Positions 50,601 to 63,540 of a DNA stretch of 64,000 bases are shown piece after piece (position 1 is the first letter of the stretch; every line of letters starts with the position of its first letter). Source of the DNA: Phoronis australis (Eukaryota; Animalia; Phoronida); assembly GCA_002633005.1 (NCBI GenBank), contig NMRA01000208.1, positions 411,606-475,605 of the forward strand, in the 5' to 3' direction. Both the position numbers and the translations under genes were made by a program. Below the pieces are notes generated by a model. The model ran no database searches and was not told the DNA's origin. It saw only the letters and a program-made list of their open reading frames with translations.

Positions 50601-53600
50601 GTGTTGTCTGCTCTTGTAGGACATCTCAGCCATGGGTGATGTCATCATGATGTCACACGTGCAAGTTCATTCAGAAGAGAATAAGGACCGCATCTTCCTG
50701 CTTTTCTCAGGATTCCTCGTCATGCTGTCGGTCAGTCCTCGTCTCAGTGGCTACATCTATGAGGTATAGTTCTGATGAATTCTAACAAGGGCTAAATGCT
50801 GTTCTATGTCGAAATAGTTACATTTGCTAAAATCTCGCCAATTTCAGACATAAACAAAATAATTTTGCAAAAATAGCCTTTTCAGTTTCAAGGGCTTGTA
50901 ACGTTTTTGTGAATGCCCGTAATTTTTTGAAATATTGTCTGGTGATAGTTGTAGTACAAAACTTCCACAATAATTTGGTACTGCATAATTATGTTTCATT
51001 TAAAAATGAGAAAATGAAATATTACTTTATTCGCCATGTTGTGTGCTGATTTGGTAAGATTTTAACTATGCTGCGACTTCACATGACCTCACATGGAACA
51101 AATGGTTGAAAACTTTACAGATGTTAAGTCTTGATGTTTTAACCATACTCTTGATACTGTAAAAACTCCCCAATTTGGGCAGTCTGTAGAGTTTGGGACA
51201 TGCGAACTCTGGCAAAAATTGAATTTTCTTGATTCTGGAATTTTGGACAATGGCACTTTTGGCGTTCACAATATTTCTCATATTTCGGACAATGGGTTTT
51301 CAATGTACAGAGTGGGTGATTTTGCCACCTTCCTTCCTGGTGATTCTTGAATTTGGAACAGCCAATATTGTCTATTTCTGGAATTTAATACAAGTTACAA
51401 CCTTGAGCAAAATAATTTATTTTCATTGTCCCAAATTAGACATGTGTTGATGCGGCTCTTATGTCACTGATTAAAATTATGACAGACTTTGCCTCCGTTT
51501 AACTTTAGTGGAGATTTAAAATGCCTCCTTAGCTGTAGCTGGGGTCAAACTACATGTTACAATTGTCATCAGAGAACAACAATGGACTGACCTTGACTGT
51601 ACTGCCCTCTGGTTGTTGACTGGAAAACCACCTCAATGCAGAATGCCTGTGTCATGCTTCTGTAGTAGCATTAGCAGCAGTAGCACATGTTTAACTATTG
51701 TGACACCTAGCCCCAATGAGGAGTACAGTATTGTAAGGTGTCAAAGGCACAACATGAAGTTTTCTTTAATCGCACGCTCCTTTGTTTTCCACCTTCAGGG
51801 TAAACTGGCTTTAGGCACTGTTACTGTCAAGAAACTAGAAGACACTGAAAACTGCACCAATGCATTTGAATTAACAGGTGGGTGAATGAGCTGTGCAGTG
51901 CAAATGTAAATTTCTTCAAATTTATTTGTTTGTGCTGAGTGAGATAATGTGTGGTTGGTCCTGCCTTGTCTGTAGTTTGCGTGTGTGTGTGCAGCCATGT
52001 TTGATGGTCAGTATCTGTTCATTCCTAATGTTTCTAAAATTATAGAGTAAGGAAATTGATCAAATAAAAACTGTAGTTTACTGTAAAAATTTAAGAGCCA
52101 TGTTGTTGCAGCCCTAAGTTGATACTCGCATTTTGACTAAACTATGCAAGGATTGCATCTTACTTCTAACCAGTTTGTTTTAAACTTACTAGTTCCTTGT
52201 GCACATATTGCAGTATAACTAGATATTGTCAGCAGTGGCCTGTTTGTTCTGGACTCGCAGTTAAGGCCAACATGTCGGTCATTCCTTACTGACTTGTGAT
52301 AGACCCTCTTTGTTGTTTACCTCTGTCATTGACCACCTTTTCTTATCTCTGTGGGTCATGTCTGCTGACCCTGGTGCACTATTAAATGCAACCTTCTTGT
52401 AGATAAGTCGCAGTTGATAAAGCGCCAAGATAGTGGGAAGTTGATATTTTCCAACTCCCAGGATGGTGATTTATAGTGCAGATGACATTTATATTTCTAA
52501 CAAAAAGAAGCTTGAAAAAGACGGTTTACTGAAGTCGCATAAACGTCTCAGTAGAAGTCATGACCATTTGGATGTTGACAAAAGTCATCACCATCACCAC
52601 CATCGTCATCGACAACGTCACCATGGCTGTGATTGCTCTGAAGATCCTGTGGTACCCCAAGGGCACCACCATCACCGCCACCACCATTTCCATTTTCTTC
52701 ACCACCTGTTTGGCCATTCTTGTATGTTGAATGTAGGATAATCTCAAGTTTGTTGCTCAAATCTAAAGATCACCAAGTGCGTGCTTGGACTGGAAACCCA
52801 TATGTGTGAACCAGAATCTTCAGACGCTTATTTTGTGTTCGCATTTTAAGTAGAACAGAAAATGTCAAAAATAATTTTAACCCTTGGTGTGAACATTGCG
52901 CTTGGTTCAATGTTTTGTGTAATAGTGCAGCTAACCTATTGATGGGGCTCAACTCATTGACCAATGTAAGGCATTGTGGTTTTCAGGAGTTTTTGATAAA
53001 TCAGGGCTTGGAATTTTCCTCTTTTGAGAGGATTTTCTCTTTTTCGGTTTCGATTTCCTAGTTTTTGATTTCTAGTTTCCTCTTTATATGTCTCTTTTTT
53101 GTCATTCTTTTGACTTTATTCATGCAAAAACGTCTATTTCAGTAAAATTTTACAACACAATATATTTCTATCACACAGCCTATTTATTTGTGGAATAATA
53201 CATCATCTGGAAATTTTTCCTCTTTTTGTCATTAGGTGTAAAGTTGTAGAGGGTATCTGTCAGGTTGTATTTAGTTTGTTTTTAACTTTATCATTCACAA
53301 ACGCTGGTTGGATTGGAATTCTTAACCATTAAATGTAGGTTGAACACTGATAAAATTGTTCAGAATTTGATGGTGTATGTTGTTGTGCTGTGCACAATTT
53401 AATGCTGGTCAATTGACATTGAGAAGGAGATGATGCTATCAAATACTGTGATGTTTTATCCCAGTGGAATGTCTTGTTCCTGTTGCTGTAGTCGATGCAG
53501 TGCTTAGATTTTAGTGTCAGTTGTTTCACGGGGATAGAGTTTTTTGAGCTGTCACTTCGAGAGACAGTGCACCTCACTCAGAAAGAAAAACAATCATTGT

Positions 53601-56600
53601 CGATTAAGTGCAACACACAATTTGTGGAAAGAACTGTCCAACTTTGTCTTTTTGTCTTTGTTGGTTTTAGGGAGCATGATAGAACGTATTGTGACGCAGT
53701 GTTCCACGTCACAGGAGCAGGCTGACTGGGTGGACAACATACAGAAGCAGACAAGTACCTGCGCACCGACCAACAAAATGGTGCCTCTGCAGGTAGATTG
53801 TGTGCTGAGGCAGTTTTGATTTAATCCTTGTTTCGATTTTAAAAGTAAAATTCATTCTGTTTGTCAGACGTGCCAATTTTTCGAAATGTTTATCAACATG
53901 CGGTTTAGAGTTTTCAACTAGCATTGACTACTGAACATTGCAGAGAGATATCACAAGGTCTTTTGCCCAGTAAACTCGCTAAGTGAACTATACGTACTAA
54001 GTCACACTGACATATGACTGGTACCATTTTAGTATCTGTCCTCCTACATGACTTAAATTCTTGTTCAGATCTCATCATCTCACTCCAACATCAGTACCAT
54101 GAACACAGTAAAACGTGCCAGGCTAACACAACAACCTGTCTTCAAGGCTCATAAGACATGGAGCCTCTCTTGTCTACGGCCCTGTCCTCCCCTCAGGCCG
54201 TCCTTCTTCATGAGGGACGACCCCCAGAGGAGTCCTCGTCTTGGTCGCAAGGCTGCCACACTGGGCAGGAAGAAAACGGGTGAGTCCATTTTTGTTGGAT
54301 TAGAAGGGATGACGTTTTTGGTAAATCTCGTACTTTGGCTGGTGTGCGATGTATTTTGTCATGTTCTATGGTGATCCAATTGGCTGTGTATTGATAATAA
54401 TAAACAGATTTATTAAAATGGACTTTGATTGATTTGAAAATAATTATATTTGTGGCATTCTATGATGCTTGGCTTTTTTAAGATGTTATTTCAGTGTAGT
54501 TAATCTTCATCCCCCAAACAATGTCCTTTTCTCATTGAAGGAATTATTTTCTGACGAGCTGTTATTCTTTTTTGTAAACTGTAATTCAGTTCTTGCAGAC
54601 TCTCATAAATTGTATTTTGTTCCATTTGAGGATAGACAATTTGGTTGTGCTTGAGCTTGTCCCAGTTGGCTGTGTATCACATCTGTATGTACTAAGTAGT
54701 GCAAATCAATAGCATGTCACAGTCAGCTGTCTATCAAAGCTGTCTTTCCCAGCAACTGGGAACATATAGTTTAGTTTATCAGAAAACAATTGTATTTGAT
54801 TTTCAACAACAGTGTTGTGGCACATGAGAAAAAGAATTAATGTAACTCGTGGGAAAAGAATGGTATTTATGATTAAAGGACACGTCTTTGTGGCTAGTTA
54901 GGGCCGAAGATTGTCTATCCTGAGAAATTGAGGATATTAATATCAAACATATCAGCATTTTATTGATAAGAAGAAAAGGGTGCTGTGATATGTCTCTTAT
55001 CTGATCACTATAAATGCCCGGCTTGTGTGCTTTAGCATGTTTTGATGGCCATTGAACGTTTAACATTTTGGTTACTAGCCTAATGTTAAAAATAGTTGGA
55101 ACAATATTTTTCACCTATCGGCTTGGTTTGATGGTGGTTGTGTCTCGCATCACAGTCCCTTTAGATAGCCTATTGTATTTCAAATTGATTTCAGAATTAT
55201 AACTCTTCTGTTAATTCTAAATCAATTATGTGGTCTAAGTGTTGCTAGTGAGATTTCATAACTAAACTGGTGTTGGTGATAGTGCAGGTGTGTGCACTAT
55301 CTCAAAAGTAACACAGTGTGGACCTCCATTTTCCAGCTAATAAATGAAAGGAGAAATCGCTTTCTTCCAAGTTATACTCTGTAACCCATCACTGTCTTCC
55401 AAGCTATACTCTCTAACCCATCCCTGTCTTCCAAGCTATACTCTCTAACCCATCATACTTATATCCGGCTTAATGTAAAATCCTTCGTCCAAATAGACTG
55501 AAATGAGTGTTGCATCATTAGGCTGATGATTCATACTTATTAATTGATGAACACATCAATGTGAGTAGATTCTCATTTATCACCCAACACACATGTTACC
55601 TTGCTTGAATGTCACAGTTTAACAATTATACAATTTTTTTTGTCCAAGGCTACTTAAACAAATTTTTAAAATGTTTTGTTTTTCTCCGAAGATGGACCAG
55701 GTATGAGTAAATGTTGTGATTGATCAGTCTTTACAAGTTGTGTATACATGGTGATGCATGCGCCCATCCAGGGGGGGCTCGGGAGGCTCGAACGAGCCCT
55801 CCCCCCATTTGGCAAAGTGGGCAAAAAAGGTCCGCCCCTGAGCGACAAAAAGTCCACTAAATAAGCGCAAACGCGCACTTGACAGTGGTGCTCCCGTTTT
55901 TTTTAGTCCCCCCACTGTTTTGTGAGCAAAAGGTCCACGACATCAAAAATTCGAGCCCCCCCCCAAATTGAAGGCTAGGTGCGCGCATGTGATGCCTAAT
56001 CTGTTGGTATCACTTGTTTTGTGCAACTTAAGGTGCATTGCATAATCATGGCTGACCTATTGCTATTGGTCAATTTGTGGAACTTGTACATCCGTGACCT
56101 ATCGCTATTGGTCGATCTGTGCATCTTGTGCACATTTCCATGGACCTGTCTACCTCATGCTTCTGATTTGTAAGTGTTTTATTTTGTTTAGCTTTGTACA
56201 TCATAACTGTAATAGAAGTGATGTCTGTAGCTATGGCAACGCTATTTGTGGTTCCAATTATAGTCGATGCAATTTCGTTGGTGAAATTGTAACCTGGACT
56301 AGTCAATATATAAATGGATAACAATAGCTAGTTACCCTAATTGAGCTCTCATGCCAGAACAGATGTTATCCCTCTGTGCAACACAGCTACTTTTCAATGA
56401 TGGGACCCTTTTTTATCAAACGTCATACGAGCAGCCAATTCCAAGCATGGTTGCTATATTTCAGGGGTAGTATTTGGAATAGGAACATTTTACGAGAGTT
56501 GCCTTGGTAACATAGACCTCCCTCATGGAGATGTTTGAACAAAACGGTTCCCAGTTATCTGCCACTTATTTTAGTCGAGTGGGAAAATGTCACCCTCCCC

Positions 56601-59600
56601 CATATTTTTAAGTTAATGCGGTAATTTTTTTAGATATATGTATGCATTGTAATTATTTTGTTGTAAGATTCCTCATTCAAACAGTCACCATTTTAAAAAT
56701 GCGCCTCTTTTTTGGTTTAAAAAACAATGCTTTTGAGACATAGATATTATGAGGCATGCAAAAAAAATCATGTCTTGCACTGTAATTAAGCGCGTGATGC
56801 ATTGTTTTTAAAAACCTAAAAGGAGGCTCTTTCTAATACAGCTATTGTGTGAATAATGTGAATTGACTGAAATGCAGTATTGAGTTGGGTTGCATAAAAC
56901 TTCAGAATTTATTACTTTGATTGTTGCATGAAGTCCTGCATTGTTCAATAATTAGTAAAAATGTGACGTGTGAAAATGCAATGTATTTGTTGCTATCCAG
57001 CGAGTAACTTTTGTCCAACATCCTGTGTTATGTGTAGTCATAGGCTATACTTTATTGACTTCCCCTGTTCTGCTGGGTCAACCGGCTAATACATCTGATT
57101 GGTTTAAAAGAAAGAAGTCGTTATCGAAAACCAGTCAGATGTCTTAGCAGGTTGATGCAGTGGAACCTGCGAAGACAGTCAGGTGTAGCCAATGTATAGT
57201 TTCATAAGGTACTTTGCCATTAGGAGACCTTTGGTTTACCGAAGCTTTGAAGAAACTTCTCTTACTTTTCCCACTAGTCAGCCACATTGAAGTTATCGCT
57301 ATATGGCGATTCAGTCATTGGGAGAAAAATTCCAGACGGTGCAGTTCATTGTACTCTCAAATGTATATTGAGTGTTGGGTTTGAGGCTAAGTGACAATTG
57401 TTCTGCCATTTACCATTGTTTATGAAAATGATCAGTATCACTCTTCATCAGATATGTATTCTTTTATTTATTTACAAATTGAAATGTACCAACGTAAACT
57501 GACTCTTCAATAACAAAGAACACATTTTACGGGATATCTATCTCATTGAGTTTCGCGTGATCCTATATCATTGCTGCGACCTCTACTGATTGCGTCGCTG
57601 ATATTTCGCTGTGACCTTTCCCACTACACCGCAGTGTCATTGAGTACGGAAGCATTGCTTTTAAAGTCTACTATTTTCAGTTTTGCTTGCAAATTAACTA
57701 CCGGAGTTAACCTTTTCCACCTACCGCTAAAACTACGTTTCGCGTCTAGTGGGAAAGCACTGTTTATAGTCTATTTCAATGGATTAAATGTCAATTTGCT
57801 CTGGAACAAGGAATTATTGGATTTGAGAAAGTCATTTCATTCTACAGCAAAAATGTCAAGAAAAGGGAATTTGAGTAAATTATGGAGCTGCTGTGGGATT
57901 CCTTGTGTAATCTTGTGACTAAGATACTTTGGGATGGTGCGAATTCTGTCCCATTAATTTTCTCAACTGGTAGTTTTTCAATCACATATTACAGAGCTTG
58001 TAAGTACCATCCAAAAGTTGTCAAATTCATACTGGTATTGGAATGTTTTTAACATGTGTGCCATTCAAAAAATTACAATTTTGTGTATTCTTTTTGTGCA
58101 GACTTCCAACAAAGGCATTTCAAGGCCCAGTAGCTAGTACTTGTGATACGGAACCGTTATTGTCTGTTTACCACGTCAGTGATATTGTACTTACAGTGCG
58201 TGGTAAAAACAGTGTGACAAAATACTGTCACCCTATTATGACCATTAATTTCACTTGCAACGAAAAAGGTGCTAACCCATAATGACTGTTTTTTAATGTT
58301 TACTTATGAATCAAATAGTAATTTTCAACAAAAGCCCAGAGGGCAATGAAAGCTGTCATATCTCCTCATTCCAGCTGTTTCTATTCTTGTAATCATTCCA
58401 TGGTTGTGAACTTTCCCCATCATTCCTGGTCATCATGGCCGACTACTGAATTCTGTACAGTGGTCATGACAAGGAATTCTGGGTCATTTTGTCTGATACT
58501 GTAGCTATGGTCGTATCGTGTGAACCGGTGTCATTTTACTCTTCATTGATTTGTTCTTTACTACATGCAGAGAGGGCACGCTCTGAGGATATATTCATGT
58601 TCCGACGACCAAGTTAGTAATGTGTTCCTTGCATGTGAAGGCATGATCAGTTTTTAGTTGTTGTATTGGAGAGGCAGCGGTTTGATACTTGACCGAACAC
58701 TTAGTACAAAATCTTTTTACTGTGTGTCCTGAAAACTCCACCGTAACAAGATTGGGCAGAATGAACGGCACTAACCACAGCAATTTTACTCCTTGAAAAG
58801 TTTAGAAACGAAAGCGGTCATGCACAAGCTGGTTGTCTTTACAACGGAATTTTATTTTAAAACTGTATTTTGTTTTTAGTTTCCATTTTTGATTTGTGGA
58901 CATGTATAGACATACTTTTTGAAATGAACTTACAAAATGACTCATAAAATACGTCATTTTGTAGTAGAAGCTCTGTCCTATCAATTCACTGATAAGTGCT
59001 GAAAAAAGTATTAGTTGCCTTTTTAATTTTTGAAATTTTGTTTTCGCAGTCACTTTCACATTGTAATGTATTGAAGTGAAAATTTGTTGATTGATTATTT
59101 AAAAATGCCAGTCTTATGGCATTCGACGTTTGGAATCTTACACCTGGTGATATCTTTAATCACCTCGGTATTCACCAATTTATCAAATTTACATTATATC
59201 CAAATGTTTCCTTTTTCACCATTGGAAATTTCACCTGTTTCCTAAGCAGCATTAGCTTCATGTGAAGTTCACTTCTCAGTAGATTAGTGAATGTGTTATC
59301 ACTTTGTCATAGTGATCATTTGGTCAAGAAGAAATGTTGCCCACGATACCAAACTTAGTGGCAAAGAGCACTGCACTTTTTGTAGTTATTTTATAAATGT
59401 GTTTTTGTACCTCAGGTTGCTGGGCCTGTTCCCCTTACTAGCTTTCTATCATTTAGTTATAGTGCACAGATCTCTAGCATGGTGCAGATCTTGGCACATT
59501 CCATATTAGATGTGCAGTGATGTTTAATTATTGTGTGGCTTGAAGTGGTTATTTTTTCTCCTTTTTGTGTAGTCAAAATCTTGATTTGAATTCATTTTTA

Positions 59601-61453
59601 AATCTGTATGCCGTCCTCTAGAAACTTTTGGTTGTTTTTGTGGTAATAGTCTGTTAGAAGGTGCCCGCATTTTGGTAACCAGTTTGCTCCATTGAATAAC
59701 AGGCATCAACTGGTTCTCAAAATGCGGGCACGTTATATCAGACTATTGCCATATTTGTAATACGTCTCCATTTTGTTTACTAATTATTATACTCATCCAG
59801 GGTAACACCCACTCACAACTTAGTGCCTCCCCAGAAATTCCTAAATTTTCAGTTTCAAGCGCCTATGCTCATCTTACTGCCAACCCCCAATTTACTTCTT
59901 TACAAGTGCCTGTGTCATTGTGAACTCCCTTCTCTTCAGAATTTAGCTCCCAAACGGTATGCAACTCGCTAACTTTAATAAGTAAGAATGAGCCAGTTTC
60001 AGCAGAGCCTTGTCTTATTCTGACAGGAAATTCCCATGCTCCCCTGCTCTTTACTGAAGGAGACATGAAATGGTGATTTTGGTTTATGCATATTCTGATA
60101 TTGTAGTACTCCGTGTAATTAATCTCATTGATCGTAACACACTCGTGTGCAAAAAAATGATAAGACCGTTCATTGGTAAGACCGTTCATTGGTAAGACCG
60201 TTCATTGGTAAGACCGTTCATTGGTAAGACCGTTCATTGGTAAGACCGTTCATTGGTAAGACCGTTCATTGGTAAGACCGTTCATTGGTAAGACCGTTCA
60301 TTGGTAAGACCGTTCATTGGTAAGATCGTTCATTGGTAAGACCGTTCACATGAGCTGCGGATGACTAGCTCATTACGTACTGTTTGCATCAGAAAATTTA
60401 AAGATACGCTGCTTAAAAGGTGCTACAGAACTACTGTATGCTATCACTCCATACAAGACAATAAGCCCTCATTCCACCAATATTGTATTTGACTCTTGCT
60501 ATGAAGCCCCCCTGGATGTTAGTTCCATCGAGCATTCCAGTATGCACCCACTATCTCCTTCTCAAAATCTTTGTTTTTAAGTGCTCATGCTTGGGTCAAC
60601 GCCCACCCCTCATTTTTAGTTCCCATTTTGGTTTAAGTGACTTGGGTAGTACGGTAAACATTTTCCATTTTGAAGCAGTGAAAATTAATTACTTTGCTCA
60701 AGGTCGGAGCTTGTACCAAATTTTGGAAATGGGAAACATTAGCCGTCCTAATTTCAAGAATTACAATCTCCGACAGACAGTCACCTAGATGTTACACAGT
60801 ATGAGAACTCTTGAAAACGTTGCGGCAGTGGCTATTTTTGACAATTTTATCAACTGCAAAGACTTTGTTGATATAAAACATGTCCTTTATTTCAGAAACA
60901 TTATGAATGTCAAAATCGCCCCCCATGTACCAAACTTCAGAATCAAGAAAATTCAATTTTGCTTTGAATTTTGGTCTCCCAAAGTTCAGAGACTGTCCCA
61001 AACTGGAGAATTTTTACTGTAACCTGGATGAGTACGGGTGTAATGTTCTATTATTGGAGTGTAAAATTGTGTATAATGTTGTGAATCTAGTGAACTTATG
61101 TTTCAATGTCTGATAACAAGTAAGGTTTCCACACCACACTACCAATCTCTTGTTGTCCATAAAAGGCACAATGTTAACATCTTTGAATGCATTATATCTG
61201 AAGTTTGTTATGCATTGTGTGTTTGTGTCACTACAATAATAACATATTCTCAAGTCAACCATATGATCGTCTGCTACACTGTAGAATTACATGCTCAGTG
61301 TGGAGTTGGATGAGAACGCTCCTTTAGAACTGGGCTTTCAGTTCTTCATTTCATTTCCAGTTGATGACTCGAAAACACTAGAGGAAGACGCGCTGATCCT
61401 GAAGGTGATTGAAGCTTATTGCACTAGTGCCAAACGACACACAGTCAACTCTT
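44647..61453 (+). CDS. ARHGEF7: Rho guanine nucleotide exchange factor 7 / betaPIX-like (SH3-DH-PH-GIT-binding), 3'-incomplete; exons 44647-44715, 46593-46716, 47399-47576, 47971-48066, 48360-48482, 49638-49776, 50172-50312, 50620-50763, 51799-51877, 53671-53792, 54069-54279, 58571-58612, 61361-61453
   Basis: SH3 [13 protein letters not shown]|[29 protein letters not shown]; DH ..[39 protein letters not shown]; PH ..[12 protein letters not shown]|GKL..NAFELTG|SMIERI; [15 protein letters not shown]; [19 protein letters not shown] (GIT-binding). All junctions phase-consistent. The C-terminal coiled coil is not in the window. Confidence 0.95.
45170..45947 (-). mobile_element. SINE copy split by a ~580-bp insertion (or two adjacent fragments)
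   Basis: 45841-45947 is the reverse complement of the head at 41139-41270; 45170-45257 is the reverse complement of the body at 41288-41365. Confidence 0.6.
51160..51285 (+). repeat. Interspersed repeat, inverted relative to 60890-61020
   Basis: aaaaactccccaatttgggcagtctgtagagtttgggac...aaaattgaattttcttgattctgga versus tcagaatcaagaaaattcaatttt...ctcccaaagttcagagactgtcccaaactggagaattttt. Confidence 0.7.
52463..52721 (+). CDS. Candidate His-rich alternative start exon of the ARHGEF7-like gene
   Basis: ATG right after acceptor-like ccaactcccag|g; 86 codons with 23 His in mixed CAT/CAC; donor T|gtatgt at 52721/2 is phase 1 and joins in frame to the 53671 exon. Confidence 0.5.
55757..55989. mobile_element. 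MITE with 5-bp TSD
   Basis: catgcgcccatcc ... ggtgcgcgcatg flanked by tgatg (55752-55756, 55990-55994); G/C runs and aaaaggtcc subterminal repeats. Confidence 0.75.
57043..57190. mobile_element. Palindromic MITE (GGC...GCC ends, Harbinger-like)
   Basis: ggctatac...tcaaccggctaatacatctgattggttt versus aaaccagtcagatgtcttagcaggttga...gtgtagcc. Confidence 0.65.
59641..59751. mobile_element. 111-nt near-perfect hairpin, probably a tiny MITE
   Basis: tggtaatagtctgttagaaggtgcccgcattttggtaaccagtt pairs with aactggttctcaaaatgcgggcacgttatatcagactattgcca. Confidence 0.65.
60161..60348. repeat. 16-bp tandem repeat (taagaccgttcattgg), ~12 copies
   Basis: Direct reading; one variant unit (taagatcgtt). 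Confidence 0.96.
60890..61020 (-). repeat. Interspersed repeat, inverted copy of 51160-51285
   Basis: See the 51160 entry. Confidence 0.7.
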
Positions 61454-63343
61454 GTAAGTACGCAGTGAACTCTTAAAGATAAAAGATATTGAGACTGTTA
61501 GCAAACTGAAGTTGTTTCAGGGTGAAAAAGCACTTGTTGGTCTTACTTTTGAAAATTGATAGGTTGGCGTGGTATTTTTATTGTTGCCCATTTTCTTAAA
61601 AACACCTGAGATGGCGAGCAAACTAAAATCAGTTTCAGTGCTGCAGGGACTTGGTTGCCTTAGCTCAGGTAATTATGCCTCACTTGGCAAAGTATGGAAT
61701 TTCCGAAGTGTTTGTGTGAATTTGTAAAACAATTGAGACGTTGGCTGAAATTGTTGATTTTTGCTTTGCGTAGTGAGCAGAAGTTTCAAATGGAGTTTGG
61801 GTACAAACCGCTACCAATGATCCTTTTTGGCCTTGCTTGGCTGCTTACTGTGATCTTGAATTTGCTCTGTACCCGCCTTCTCTCAAAAATAAGTTGTTTT
61901 ACACCATCATCGTAAAACTGCTCTCAATGTGTTGCTCAGTAAGACAAAAGGGGGCTTTTGCATATGGGAAGAACAGACAGGTTGTTATTGAGACAAGGCT
62001 CAGTAAGACATGACTTCTTGGCTTGGTAAGAACTGAGCGGTTGTTATTATTTGAGGAAAGGTCGAGTAAGTTGTGTCAAGACTGGATAACCTTGGCTTGG
62101 CCTGGCTAGTCATTTTATGTGTCCAAGGATGAGGCCTGTCTTACAGCAGGAAGTGGTCTACATATGACTGCAGGTTGATTACCTTGGTGATGATGAACAT
62201 TGTATTCACACTTGTCCCTGCAGTTTTTATGAAATCCCCAGTGAATGATTTAGTGAATGATTTAGCATTTAGCACCTTCAATGGAAAGGGGATGGCATGA
62301 GATACATAGTAAGATAAACTCATCTTCTGTCTAGAAGATCCTGTGGCTATTTCTAAATTTGATTCTTATTTTTGTATTTTAATATTTGCTGTTCACCAAT
62401 CATTTGAGAATGAACTGATGTCACTTTTGTAAGTGTTGTTGGATATATCCAGTCACAGTAATGTTTAGCCACTAGGTTTTATGTAGTCGTCTTTAGTATG
62501 CAAGTTTTCAGATTAAGATAGTGCCGATTGTGTTGCGGGAAACTTGCAGTTGATACTAGAAGTATTTAATTTTAATACAATTTTGTGTTCTTAAATTTTG
62601 GTTTACCGTTTTAGGTAGTTTGAATTTGTGTTTTGTATTTTAATTTTAAAAGTTTTCTTTGTAAGACTAGTGGTAGTTTTCGAAAGAGAAGTTGACAAAT
62701 TTCTTCTCATTGAAAATTGACAAAATTTCAATGCAAAATTTTTTGGCTAATTTTGAAATGATTTTAGTGTTATGATATCTGGTTTCCTTTTTTGATTTTC
62801 GCCATAACTTTTACGAAGCCGGGTGATTTTTAACGAAATATGTCATCTTTTCTTTTGAAACCTACTGCACGTGACAAGCACTGCAGATCCCATAACGTGA
62901 CCAACAGATGGCACATGGGAAGACTAAAATCTAATTCTTACTTTCTGACAAACTTTGGGTTTTAAAAAGTTTGCAATTTCTCTGAATAGGTGTATTTTGT
63001 AAATAGTATCTCCCAGACAAGTAGAACTAGCCTTAGCATGATCCACACAAGCAGTGCATTGTAATTTCAATAATTTTCTTTTATTGTTTTGTTCCTTTTA
63101 TTTTGCAACCATGTTTTCTGTTAAGAAAGGAAGTAATTATATGACATGCGTTAATATAACATCAGATACTGTGACTGTACTATGGTGATGATAATTTTAA
63201 TTATTTTATGTTCTTCGACAGTGTTTATTGTCCTTTCCTTAAATAAACCCTTTCTGTGGTTGTACATGGTGTCACTGTGTTAACCCTGACATTGATTTTG
63301 ATCTCCGTTTTTTTTATTTCTTAACGTTTGTTTCATGCCTCAG

Positions 63344-63540
63344 TGGATTTGAGTAAGGTTCGTTTGTCGTCGGAGCTTTGTAACATAATCAACACATCAA
63401 AGAAATGCGATGACCTAGATCCGTTGATATCTCCGACAGAGGAGGATTACGCACGACTGCGACGTCGGGGGATGGGTGGACTGTGCTGTGCTGCGTTTCC
63501 TGTTGCTAAAGTGATTACTAGAGAACTGAAAAAACTATGA
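63344..63540 (+). CDS. Candidate next ARHGEF7 exon: either a 9-nt microexon (63344-63352) or a 197-nt coding alternative terminal exon ending at TGA 63540
   Basis: Polypyrimidine tract, ttaac branch-like motif and cag at 63341-63343; phase 1 matches the 61453 donor; internal donor A|gtaagg at 63352/3; frame stays open to 63540. Confidence 0.55.

Noticed and set aside
24251-60348. CRISPR-like arrays (repeats at 24251, 40636, 60161)
   Set aside because: Units are head-to-tail with no unique spacers, there are no cas genes, and the context is eukaryotic introns.
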